Positions 18,555 through 27,364 of a stretch of 64,000 nucleotides of DNA are shown here, in pieces. The notes under the pieces are model-generated. The model did no database searches and was not told the origin of the DNA. It saw only the letters and a list, made by a program, of their open reading frames with translations. Origin of the DNA: Nitrospinota bacterium. Its GTDB lineage: Bacteria; Nitrospinota_A; UBA7883; JACRGQ01. Made by a program: the position numbers and the translations under genes. The stretch covers positions 7,968 through 71,967 of the forward strand of contig JACQEX010000005.1 in the NCBI GenBank assembly GCA_016200345.1. The letters run 5' to 3'. Position 1 is the first letter of the stretch; each line of letters begins with the position of its first letter.

Positions 18555-18663
18555 TTCTTCCTCCACATGTTGGCTGTCACGCGCCGATTCCACCATTTTC
18601 GGCCCAGGCCAGGAGTTTAATAAATCACGCTTGCGCGCAACAATAAAATAATGTGAGTGCTAA

Positions 18664-18692
18664 TTGAGTCGGGGGCTACTATGTGGTATGCT
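18664..18692 (+). promoter_or_regulatory. Sigma70 promoter (extended -10) of the large lipoprotein gene
   Basis: TTGAGT-17 nt-TATGCT with a TG extension. Confidence 0.55.
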
Positions 18693-18777
18693 TAGGCCAG
18701 CGCGTTATTTAACAGAACAGGCGTTGAGGGGTTTTCTTAACGGCCTTGCGAAAGGGTCTTCAGCATAGGAGGTTTTC

Positions 18778-21537
18778 ATGGGCGCTCTAAAAAATTTCAA
18801 ATTGTTCACTATAGTCTTGTTTTTCGCCGCGACTTCGTTTTTTCTAGTGGCGTGCAGCGGTGGCGGTGGTAGTTCCTCAACGGCAAGTAGCGGCCCGGTT
18901 GTCGGCGCGGTCGGCGTGACCGGGCTAACGATGGCCAGTAAAGTCAGCGCCGCCAGCGCCGGCACGGGCGGATCGCTAAAGCCGGACGTGATAGGGCTAA
19001 AGATTATGGACACGAAAGCCAATCTTAACGGGTGGGCCTCCACGGTGGACTACTACAAGGATACCACCAGCGTCTACACCCGTGAGAGGACGGACGAGGC
19101 CCTCCAGACCCCCAACATGATTCTTTGCATGATGAAGCAGGCGGCTTACGACACGATGGTCAACAGAGGGGATAAAAACGGATATTACATCGCGCAGGTC
19201 GATCAAAACCTCTGCTCCACGTCGCAGGATAGCGCGTCGAACGCCGGCAGTAGCAACCAGTCGTCCGGCTCGGCCGCGCCGAATTATTGGTTTTGGACGG
19301 TTCAATCCACCAGGGCGGACAGCAATCCCGGAACCCCTCAATACGTAAGAATATGGTTCCAGATGGACAAGGGCGGCGGCGGGAGCAATCAAAAGACCCA
19401 CGCCCTGATGCTGGTGGAAATTCTAATCACGTCCGGTTACACCACAACCAATCCGTACGGACTTTTCAATATGAACTTTGCCGCTTACCCGGCGGACGCC
19501 ACCGGTGTAATAACCTCCCAAACGCCGGTGATGAAGGGCATCCTTAGGGCGGTCAACGATCCCAACAACGCAGGTAAAGTTCTTTTGGAGTATTGGATGG
19601 CGGAGACGGGGGGAGGCCAGACCAACACTCAAGGGGCGACCGTCTCTAGGTCTTCGGACGGAGCGACCGGCGGAGGCGAGGTCACTTATACCGACTATAC
19701 TTGGGACAACACCAGTGGGCAGTCCACCGCCTCGCCAAAACGGGCCCGCTTTGCGTTCAGCACCGGCTCCGGCGCTTTCATAAGGCAAGGCCTCGATACC
19801 ACGTTGCCTTACAGCTCCTCCGGCGCCGCCATTTGTGAGGACACCGCTAACTTTAAGTATTCCGTCTGGAGCTACGGCATGTACGACGTCAACGGCGCAA
19901 GGGTAAACTTGATGTCGGGCTTCCCGATTAAGTATACCGACAGCAGAGATCATTACGGCTACGTCGGCAACTGGGGTATGAACTTCATGGACGACGTCAC
20001 GGTGGCCGACGGCGCCACAGTTTACAAGCAGGTCTGGTCGAATGGCGCGCCCTCTTCAACCCCCTACACGCTGAAAAAGAGCGGCGGTAAGCTGACTAAA
20101 TACACGCAGAGCGGGTCGTCCTTGAACCAACTTGACGGAGTGGGGTTGAGTTACGGCACCTCAAGCGGCGGTAGTTTTTCCAACTACAACCTGCATTGGA
20201 GCACCGCCTCCGGCGCGTTTGTGCTAGACTCCCTGTGGAATCAAAGCACCAACCAGATGACCCCGTTGACCGGCGCTTTGGACGTCTCCGCGTTGAAGTG
20301 GAACAATAACCTTCAAATGTTTTCCCAGTCTCTTGGCGGGCAGGTAATCATCATGCTACCGGCCTCCGGGGGATACTTCACAAGTTCCACGGCCAGCGGC
20401 ACTTTGGTGCCGGGGACAGGGACGACGTTTGGAGCAGGTACCGGTTCCGGCTGTTTGCTTACCCCCGCAGGATCCGGGAACAATTGGACAAATACTTGGA
20501 ATTGCTCATACGCGGTTTTAGATCCGGCGAAAATTGGGGTAATTTTCTACTCACGGCAGAATATATTCTCCGGCGATAGCGCGATATCCGGCACAGGGAT
20601 TACACTGACCTGTTATACCAACTGTCCGGACGCCACGGCGGTCGCCGCCAATGCGGGGGTGGCGTTCCTCCCGGCCTACGACGGCACCGGGAACCCGGTC
20701 CCCTACACCTACACGTTCAACAAGAGCGCCTACACCCTGAAGGACGGCACTGGCACGTCACTGGTCATGACCTCCAGCGGAAGCGGTTTGTCGGCAGGTA
20801 ATTACGGCGGCGGGGGGACCTTTAGTTGGGGTCTCCAAACTGGGGCGCTTTTCGACCCCACTGCGACGTTGACTACCGCCACGGGACAAACGATTACCTA
20901 CCTGCAAGCCCTGGCGTGTCCTTGGAATTCGGCCATGACCTGCGCTTGGAACGCCAGTAGCATTCTACCGGTTTATTATATTTGGGAGACCGGCTCGAAT
21001 CCTTGGAACACGCTTACCACGCTCCTTGACAGTTCAAACACGCCGTTGAAATTCGACGGCCAGGCGGACGTGGCCTACACGTATGGCAACGGCGCCGGAG
21101 CGTCGGGTAATTCTCTGGCTACCGACAACAAGTACAGCGGTAAAACTTTCCACCTGCAATACGGCGGTTTCGGTCAGTTGTGGGGCATCCCCGGTGTGTG
21201 CGTTAACGCGGACACCGGCGCGACGGACATAACGTGTAATATGAACGACAGGTATGTTCCGGAGTGGATAATACCGGCCGGTTCAAGCGCGAAGTATTCC
21301 TACACCAGTTCCGGCGGCACTTTGATATCCGGGACCGGCTACATCAAGGCGCTGGACGAGGAGAAACAGATGTTGTCAAAGACCTGTCCGGCTTACTCCC
21401 TGACTGCGTATACCATTCTGACGTCGGACGACTGGGTTGTTCCGGCCAACAGCCAGACCTTGCCGACCGTCATCAACCCGGCCCCGGCGGTCATAGCCGG
21501 AACGGTTCAATTGGCGGCGGGTACCGCGGCACATTAG
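18778..21537 (+). CDS. 919-aa S/T/G-rich surface lipoprotein of unknown function
   Basis: GGAGG RBS; lipobox FFLVAC followed by a SGGGGSSS tether; own promoter and terminator. Confidence 0.8.
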   Translation: MGALKNFKLFTIVLFFAATSFFLVACSGGGGSSSTASSGPVVGAVGVTGLTMASKVSAASAGTGGSLKPDVIGLKIMDTKANLNGWASTVDYYKDTTSVYTRERTDEALQTPNMILCMMKQAAYDTMVNRGDKNGYYIAQVDQNLCSTSQDSASNAGSSNQSSGSAAPNYWFWTVQSTRADSNPGTPQYVRIWFQMDKGGGGSNQKTHALMLVEILITSGYTTTNPYGLFNMNFAAYPADATGVITSQTPVMKGILRAVNDPNNAGKVLLEYWMAETGGGQTNTQGATVSRSSDGATGGGEVTYTDYTWDNTSGQSTASPKRARFAFSTGSGAFIRQGLDTTLPYSSSGAAICEDTANFKYSVWSYGMYDVNGARVNLMSGFPIKYTDSRDHYGYVGNWGMNFMDDVTVADGATVYKQVWSNGAPSSTPYTLKKSGGKLTKYTQSGSSLNQLDGVGLSYGTSSGGSFSNYNLHWSTASGAFVLDSLWNQSTNQMTPLTGALDVSALKWNNNLQMFSQSLGGQVIIMLPASGGYFTSSTASGTLVPGTGTTFGAGTGSGCLLTPAGSGNNWTNTWNCSYAVLDPAKIGVIFYSRQNIFSGDSAISGTGITLTCYTNCPDATAVAANAGVAFLPAYDGTGNPVPYTYTFNKSAYTLKDGTGTSLVMTSSGSGLSAGNYGGGGTFSWGLQTGALFDPTATLTTATGQTITYLQALACPWNSAMTCAWNASSILPVYYIWETGSNPWNTLTTLLDSSNTPLKFDGQADVAYTYGNGAGASGNSLATDNKYSGKTFHLQYGGFGQLWGIPGVCVNADTGATDITCNMNDRYVPEWIIPAGSSAKYSYTSSGGTLISGTGYIKALDEEKQMLSKTCPAYSLTAYTILTSDDWVVPANSQTLPTVINPAPAVIAGTVQLAAGTAAH

Positions 21538-21555
21538 CGACTTTTATTTGCTGAC

Positions 21556-21588
21556 AAAGGCCGCCCCCAAAAAGGGCGGCCTTTTTTT
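21556..21588 (+). terminator. Intrinsic terminator
   Basis: AAAGGCCGCCC-CCAAAAA-GGGCGGCCTTTTTTT. Confidence 0.9.
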
Positions 21589-21598
21589 GTATGAATTG

Positions 21599-21622
21599 GT
21601 AGGTGCGGGCTTCAGCCTGTAC
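21599..21622 (+). repeat. Solo GTAG-type REP
   Basis: GTAG-GTGCGGGC-TTCA-GCCTGTAC, near-identical to 18402-18425. Confidence 0.75.
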
Positions 21623-21624
21623 CA

Positions 21625-21852
21625 CTACGGGTACTGGCTTTTGAGCATCGAGTCCAGTTTTTCCTTGATATCCAGCTTTCGTTTTTTAAGCTCCAGCTGT
21701 TTCATCTCCAAGTCGGAGCTAAGGTGAAACGCCTTCGCCAGTTGGTCCGCCTCCAGGTGCAGTTTTTTATGTTCCTCCGTCAACTGGCGGAAAAGAACGT
21801 TGTGCTCGTAAAGATGGTCGAACCGTTTGTCCTGATGGAGCGATGAAAGCAT
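21625..21852 (-). CDS. DUF465/YdcH-like coiled-coil protein
   Basis: ATG 21852 after GGAGG; FRQLTEEHKKL...LKKRKLDIKEKL. Confidence 0.75.
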   Translation of the reverse strand: MLSSLHQDKRFDHLYEHNVLFRQLTEEHKKLHLEADQLAKAFHLSSDLEMKQLELKKRKLDIKEKLDSMLKSQYP

Positions 21853-21863
21853 TGTTAACCCTC

Positions 21864-22547
21864 CTAGACAATTGTTATGGATTTTTCGGCGAAACTTTTT
21901 TGGACGTAGTTTGGGGCAAGCATGGCCGCGTCGCCTTTCTCCCCCTTTCGAATCCGATTTTCGGCGCAAAACGCCGCGCCCGCCGAGGTTGAACAATCCA
22001 GCGACTTCATGTCGCCGGGAAAATTTGCCAGCCCGCTTTCCATGTCCGCCTTGTCGCAATAATAACTTTTTGCCCCGTCCCCGGCCGTCAACTCGCTTAT
22101 CGCCAGAAAACCGTCGGGCGAGAGCCTTTCCGGGCCGCCGTGGCCAAACGCGAAACGGGCGAAATATACGTTCCCCTTTCCGGCGTCGGCAACAATGGCG
22201 GCGTCGCCCAAAACGCCCGTTTTGTAGGCGCAGAACGCCATCGCCTCCAGCGTGCTCACGCCGAAAACCGGCACGCCAAGCGGAAGGGCCGCCCCCTGTA
22301 TGGTCGCCATGCCGATTCGTATGCCCGTGAAAGAGCCGGGGCCGGTTGCGACGGCGATGCAGTTGGAGGGGTTCTCCGAAAAGGAGCGTATCGAGAGGTT
22401 GTTTCTTTTTAACAGCTCCCCCGCCATCTCCAGAAGGGTCCTGGAAAACGAGGCGGTCGCGCCGGAAGAAATTTCGTCCAATGTCTCAAAATTATTCACC
22501 AGGGCAACACCTCCTCTTTTTGAAGACGTATCAACTCCTAGAATCAT
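21864..22547 (-). CDS. tsaB: tRNA threonylcarbamoyladenosine biosynthesis protein TsaB
   Basis: ILGVDTS, ATGPGSFTGIRIG, VSTLEAMA, P-x-Y C-terminus. Confidence 0.92.
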   Translation of the reverse strand: MILGVDTSSKRGGVALVNNFETLDEISSGATASFSRTLLEMAGELLKRNNLSIRSFSENPSNCIAVATGPGSFTGIRIGMATIQGAALPLGVPVFGVSTLEAMAFCAYKTGVLGDAAIVADAGKGNVYFARFAFGHGGPERLSPDGFLAISELTAGDGAKSYYCDKADMESGLANFPGDMKSLDCSTSAGAAFCAENRIRKGEKGDAAMLAPNYVQKSFAEKSITIV

Positions 22548-22676
22548 CCCGGGGCTATTTTACCACAAAATATCGCCGCATTTTTCCGTGAATATCTCCC
22601 GCAAAAAATGAGGTATGATATGCGCAAATCAATTACGAAACTGTGATTCTTTTTTTGCTGAAGGGGGGCTTTTATC

Positions 22677-24029
22677 ATGAAAGAACGAAAGATTATTCTC
22701 GCGGAAAGGGAAATCCCGCGCAAATGGTACAACGTCATGGCGGACATGCCCAACCCCGGCTCCCCGCCGTTGCATCCCGGCACCAAACAGCCGATAGGCC
22801 CCGCGGATCTTGCGCCGTTGTTCCCCATGCCGATTATCGAGCAGGAGGTAAGCACCCAAAGGTGGATAGACATACCGGAGGAGGTGCTCGACGTTCTTTC
22901 GTTGTGGAGGCCGACACCGCTTTTCCGCGCCTACAACCTGGAGAAGGCGATCGGCACCCCGGCGAAGATTTTTTACAAATACGAGGGGGTTGCCCCCTCC
23001 GGAAGCCACAAGCCGAACACCGCCGTCCCGCAGGCCTACTACAACAAAATCAGCGGCACCAAGCGGATAGCGACGGAGACCGGCGCCGGACAATGGGGAA
23101 GCGCGCTAAGTTTTGCCTGCGCCAAGTTCGGGCTGGAATGCACCGTCTACATGGTCAAGGTCTCGTTCCAACAAAAGCCCTATAGGCGGATAATGATGGA
23201 GACCTACGGATCCAAGGTCATGGCATCGCCGACCAACACGACAAACTCCGGCAGGAAAATTTTGGAGCAAAACCCCGATTCCACGGGCTCGCTCGGCATC
23301 GCCATTTCCGAGGCGGTGGAGGACGCGGCGACGCACGACGACACGAAATACTCCCTCGGCTCGGTGTTGAACCACGTTTTGTTGCACCAGACCGTCATAG
23401 GTTTGGAGACGAAAAAGCAGTTGGAGATGGTCGGCGAAAAGGCGGACGTGCTAATAGGCGCGTGCGGTGGCGGAAGCAACCTCGGCGGGCTTGTTTTGCC
23501 GTTTGTTCCGGACAAGCTTGGCGGCCAGAAAATAAGAATGGTCGCGGTGGAGCCGTCTGCCTGCCCCACGCTTACAAGGGGCGTTTACGCCTACGATTTC
23601 GGCGACACGGTGGGGCTTGCCCCGCTGGTGAAGATGTACACCCTCGGCTCGCAGTTCATGCCGGCGGGGATACACGCGGGCGGATTACGCTACCACGGCG
23701 ACTCGCCGCTTATTTCGCAGTTGGTGCACGAGAAGATGATTGAGGCCGTGGCCTTTTCGCAACTCGACACGTTCGAGGCGGCCACTCTCTTTGCCAAGAC
23801 GGAGGGGATAATCCCGGCGCCGGAATCCGCCCACGCCATAAAGGGGGCGATAGAGGAGGGCAAGAGGTGCTCGCGCGAGAACAAGTCCGAGACGATCGTC
23901 TTTAACCTGTCCGGCCACGGATATTTCGACCTCTCGGCCTACGACGACTTTACGAACAGAGAGCTTGTGGATCTCAAACTCTCGGAGGACGAGCTTAAGA
24001 GGACGCTGGCCGCGCTTCCGCAGATATGA
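22677..24029 (+). CDS. trpB2: Tryptophan synthase beta chain, type 2 (TrpB2)
   Basis: 450 aa; [19 protein letters not shown] lysine, [19 protein letters not shown]. Confidence 0.93.
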   Translation: MKERKIILAEREIPRKWYNVMADMPNPGSPPLHPGTKQPIGPADLAPLFPMPIIEQEVSTQRWIDIPEEVLDVLSLWRPTPLFRAYNLEKAIGTPAKIFYKYEGVAPSGSHKPNTAVPQAYYNKISGTKRIATETGAGQWGSALSFACAKFGLECTVYMVKVSFQQKPYRRIMMETYGSKVMASPTNTTNSGRKILEQNPDSTGSLGIAISEAVEDAATHDDTKYSLGSVLNHVLLHQTVIGLETKKQLEMVGEKADVLIGACGGGSNLGGLVLPFVPDKLGGQKIRMVAVEPSACPTLTRGVYAYDFGDTVGLAPLVKMYTLGSQFMPAGIHAGGLRYHGDSPLISQLVHEKMIEAVAFSQLDTFEAATLFAKTEGIIPAPESAHAIKGAIEEGKRCSRENKSETIVFNLSGHGYFDLSAYDDFTNRELVDLKLSEDELKRTLAALPQI

Positions 24030-25228
24030 CAAAGAAAGGGGCCGCCCAACTGCCGGACAAGCGGGGGTATTTTGGGAATTTCGGGGGGAAGTACGTCATA
24101 GAGACGCTCGTCCCGGCCCTCGACCAGCTGGAGAAGGAATACCTAAAGGCGAAGCGGGACAAGCAGTTCCAAAAGGAGCTCGCCAATCTTTTGGCCGACT
24201 ACGTCGGACGGGAGACCCCGCTTTATTTCGCGAGCAGGCTGACCAAACTTCTCGGCGGCGCAAAGATTTATTTGAAGCGCGAGGATTTAAACCACACAGG
24301 CGCCCACAAAATTAACAACACCATCGGCCAGGCCCTGCTTGCAAAGAAAATGAAAAAGACCCGCGTGATAGCCGAGACCGGCGCCGGGCAACACGGCGTG
24401 GCGACGGCATCCGCCGCCGCACTGCTCGGGCTTAAGTGCGAGGTGTTCATGGGCTCCGAGGACATGGAGCGCCAAAAACTGAACGTATACCGGATGAGGA
24501 TGATGGACGCCACCGTCGTGCCCGTCACATCCGGGAGCAGGACGCTGAAGGACGCGATGAGCGAGGCGATGCGGGACTGGATTTCGACCGTGGGAAACAC
24601 CCATTACATAATCGGCTCCGCCGCCGGGCCGCACCCTTTTCCGATGATGGTGCGCGATTTTCAGTCGGTGATAGGCAGGGAGGCGAGAAAACAGATTCTG
24701 CACAAGGAGGGTCGCCTGCCGAATCTACTCGTCGCCTGCGTAGGCGGCGGTAGCAACTCCATCGGGCTTTTTCACGCCTTTTACGAAGACGCCAAGGTGA
24801 GGATGACCGGCGTGGAGGCCGGGGGCAAGGGGCAGGCAATCGGGCAACACGGCGCGTCGCTAACGCGCGGGAGCGTGGGCGTTCTGCACGGTAGCAAAGG
24901 CTATCTGTTGCAGGACGACAACGGGCAGATAGCCGAGACGCACTCGGTTTCGGCCGGGCTGGACTACCCCGGCGTCGGCCCGGAGCACTGTTTTTACAAG
25001 GATAGCAAACGAGCCGAATATGTGAACGTGACCGACGAGGAGGCGATAGAGGCGTTCGGCATGCTTAGCCGGACGGAGGGGATAATGCCCGCGCTTGAAA
25101 GCGCACACGCAATCGCGCACGTCCAAAAAATTGCGCCGAAAATGCGCAAGAACGAGATTATTGTGGTCTGCCTTTCGGGGCGCGGCGACAAGGACGTGGA
25201 CAGAATGGCCGCGCTGAGGGGAAAATGA
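24026..25228 (+). CDS. trpB: Tryptophan synthase beta chain, type 1
   Basis: [41 protein letters not shown]. Confidence 0.97.
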   Translation: MTKKGAAQLPDKRGYFGNFGGKYVIETLVPALDQLEKEYLKAKRDKQFQKELANLLADYVGRETPLYFASRLTKLLGGAKIYLKREDLNHTGAHKINNTIGQALLAKKMKKTRVIAETGAGQHGVATASAAALLGLKCEVFMGSEDMERQKLNVYRMRMMDATVVPVTSGSRTLKDAMSEAMRDWISTVGNTHYIIGSAAGPHPFPMMVRDFQSVIGREARKQILHKEGRLPNLLVACVGGGSNSIGLFHAFYEDAKVRMTGVEAGGKGQAIGQHGASLTRGSVGVLHGSKGYLLQDDNGQIAETHSVSAGLDYPGVGPEHCFYKDSKRAEYVNVTDEEAIEAFGMLSRTEGIMPALESAHAIAHVQKIAPKMRKNEIIVVCLSGRGDKDVDRMAALRGK

Positions 25229-26028
25229 TCGAGACTTCGAGAATATCCGAAAAATTCGCCGCGCTAAAGGCGGAAAAGAAAAAAGGGCTGATTATTTTCG
25301 TCACCGCCGGCGACCCGGATTTGGGGACCACCGAAAGGCTTGTGCCGGAGCTTTTCAAGGCGGGGGCGGACGTGGTGGAGCTTGGCATACCGTTCTCCGA
25401 CCCGCTCGCGGACGGGCCGGTGATTCAGCAGTCGTTCAAACGCGCGCTGGACAACGGAGCGACGCTGGGGCGCATTCTGGACTCCACTAGAAGAATCCGC
25501 GAGCACTCGGACGGCCCCATCGTCTTTATGTCGGCTTACAATCTGGCGTTTCATTTCGGCTTGCCAAAGTTTGCAAAGATGGCGGTCCTGTGCGGGGTTG
25601 ACGGAGTCATTTTTCCCGACTTGATACCGGAGGAGGCGGAGGAGTCCAATTCAGCGTTGAAGGCGATTGGGTTGGACACGATATTTTTGGTCGCGCCGAC
25701 CACAAGCCCGGCAAGGACAAAAATGATAGCCTCGAATTGCGGCGGGTTCGTATACTACGTCTCGGTGTCCGGCGTCACCGGCGGTCAAAAACCGCTGGTG
25801 GAGGAGGTTAAGGGGCGCGTGGCTATGATTAAGCGGAACACCGACCTGCCGGTCGCGGTCGGGTTCGGCATCTCCACCCCGGAGCAGGTCGGCGTGATGG
25901 GGAAACACGCGGACGGCGTAATCGTCGGTAGCGCGGTGGTGAAGGCGATGGAGGGACTTTCTCCGGCCAGGGCCATTGAAAGCGCGGTCGGGCTCGTGCG
26001 CTCTTTGCGGACGGCGTTGGATAAGTAG
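25225..26028 (+). CDS. trpA: Tryptophan synthase alpha chain
   Basis: [42 protein letters not shown]. Confidence 0.97.
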   Translation: MIETSRISEKFAALKAEKKKGLIIFVTAGDPDLGTTERLVPELFKAGADVVELGIPFSDPLADGPVIQQSFKRALDNGATLGRILDSTRRIREHSDGPIVFMSAYNLAFHFGLPKFAKMAVLCGVDGVIFPDLIPEEAEESNSALKAIGLDTIFLVAPTTSPARTKMIASNCGGFVYYVSVSGVTGGQKPLVEEVKGRVAMIKRNTDLPVAVGFGISTPEQVGVMGKHADGVIVGSAVVKAMEGLSPARAIESAVGLVRSLRTALDK

Positions 26029-26034
26029 GGAAAG

Positions 26035-26610
26035 GTGTCGGACGAGGCGCAGGAAAAATCGCTTGAGACGCTTCAGGAGGCGGTGCACGAAATCCACTCC
26101 GCCGAGGCGCGCGAGAAATGGATGGGGTGGGTCGCCCTGGCCTCCGGCCTGATAGCGGCCCTTGCGGCGGTCGTGGGGCTTTATGAGACGCAGGCCACCT
26201 CGAAGACGATTCTGACAAAGAACGAGGCGATACTCCTTCAGAGCAAGGCGAGCGACCAGTGGAATTTTTACCAGGCAAAAAGCATTAAGGGGCACATATA
26301 CGAGGTGGTGGGCAGGCTCCTCCCGTCGAAGGACGCGGAGTATTTTTTAAAAGAGGGGATGAAATACTCAGCCGACAAGGCCGAGATAAAAAAACGGGCC
26401 GAGGAGTTTGAAAAACAGGTCGAGGGAAAAAACGCCGAGGGCGAAAAATATTACGAGCAACACCACAAGCTTTCCTATGCCGAGACGTTTTTGCACATCG
26501 CAATCGCGCTTGCATCCATCAGCGCGCTTACGCGGCGCAAAGAGGTGCTTGTGGCGGCCGTGGGTCTGGCCGGGTGCGGCATATTTTTCTTCCTTCGCGG
26601 CGTCCTTTAA
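26035..26610 (+). CDS. DUF4337-family membrane protein
   Basis: ASDQWNFYQAKSIK motif; TM segments at both ends. Confidence 0.8.
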   Translation: MSDEAQEKSLETLQEAVHEIHSAEAREKWMGWVALASGLIAALAAVVGLYETQATSKTILTKNEAILLQSKASDQWNFYQAKSIKGHIYEVVGRLLPSKDAEYFLKEGMKYSADKAEIKKRAEEFEKQVEGKNAEGEKYYEQHHKLSYAETFLHIAIALASISALTRRKEVLVAAVGLAGCGIFFFLRGVL

Positions 26611-26620
26611 TTCTTGGGGG

Positions 26621-27352
26621 TTAGTCGTTATTTATTTGCGGCGGGGGGAGGAAAAGGCCGTCCGCGATTTCGCCTCCCTTCTCAACCCAGTTGAAGACGA
26701 AAGATATTTCCGAGTTAATCGAAACGGTCAGCGCCTCGGTCCCGTACGCGTATGAAAACTTCACGAGTCCGTCGTCGCGTTTTATAACCGCGCTTATGAT
26801 TCTCCATTCGCCGTCAAACTCCCATTTCTTTGTCAACCCGGCCCATTTTGCCGAAAGTTTTTTGCCGGAAAACTCCAGGGAGGCGGCCGCCAGCCCGGCC
26901 GGGTCGAATGACGGATACAAGTTTTCTATGACGTCTTCCGGGACGATTTTTAGCGGGCCGAGTTTTATGGGAACGCCAAGCTTTCTTTCAACCAGCGTCG
27001 GGGCCCCGTCTTTCGGCTCGGTGTAGAAAACGGACTCCTCGTTCACCACCAGCAAAAACCATGCGGTGCCGAACGCGTCGTGAAACATCGCCTTGAGTTT
27101 CGCCGGCCTTTTCAGGGCTACGGACGCCTTGGACGACGGTTGTTTCATTCTGGGGGCAAACTCCGCCCTTCCGGACATCCGCATCGAGTTGAACGGAGGG
27201 TTTGCCGCCGCCAATTTTTCCAAAACGCGCGACCGCTCCACGGCGGACGGCGGTTTGACCGGCGCCCCGGCGCAGGCGGTAATTAAAAGGGCGGCGGTCA
27301 AAAGTCCCAGCCCACGACGGGTTTTGCGGAAAAATCGGACGGGATTACTCAC
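26621..27352 (-). CDS. LolB-like / DUF4292-type lipoprotein
   Basis: Lipobox LLITAC; LolA/B-like strands (VALKRPAKLK...FG); directly downstream of a TPR lipoprotein gene. Confidence 0.6.
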   Translation of the reverse strand: MSNPVRFFRKTRRGLGLLTAALLITACAGAPVKPPSAVERSRVLEKLAAANPPFNSMRMSGRAEFAPRMKQPSSKASVALKRPAKLKAMFHDAFGTAWFLLVVNEESVFYTEPKDGAPTLVERKLGVPIKLGPLKIVPEDVIENLYPSFDPAGLAAASLEFSGKKLSAKWAGLTKKWEFDGEWRIISAVIKRDDGLVKFSYAYGTEALTVSINSEISFVFNWVEKGGEIADGLFLPPPQINND

Positions 27353-27364
27353 GTGGGAAATGGC

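Noticed and set aside
18699-18777. Riboswitch in the leader of the 919-aa lipoprotein
   Set aside because: Only one short hairpin; no match to c-di-GMP or other aptamer cores I know.
22548-22676. trp attenuator or T-box
   Set aside because: The short ORF in the leader has no Trp codons; no terminator/antiterminator or T-box motif.
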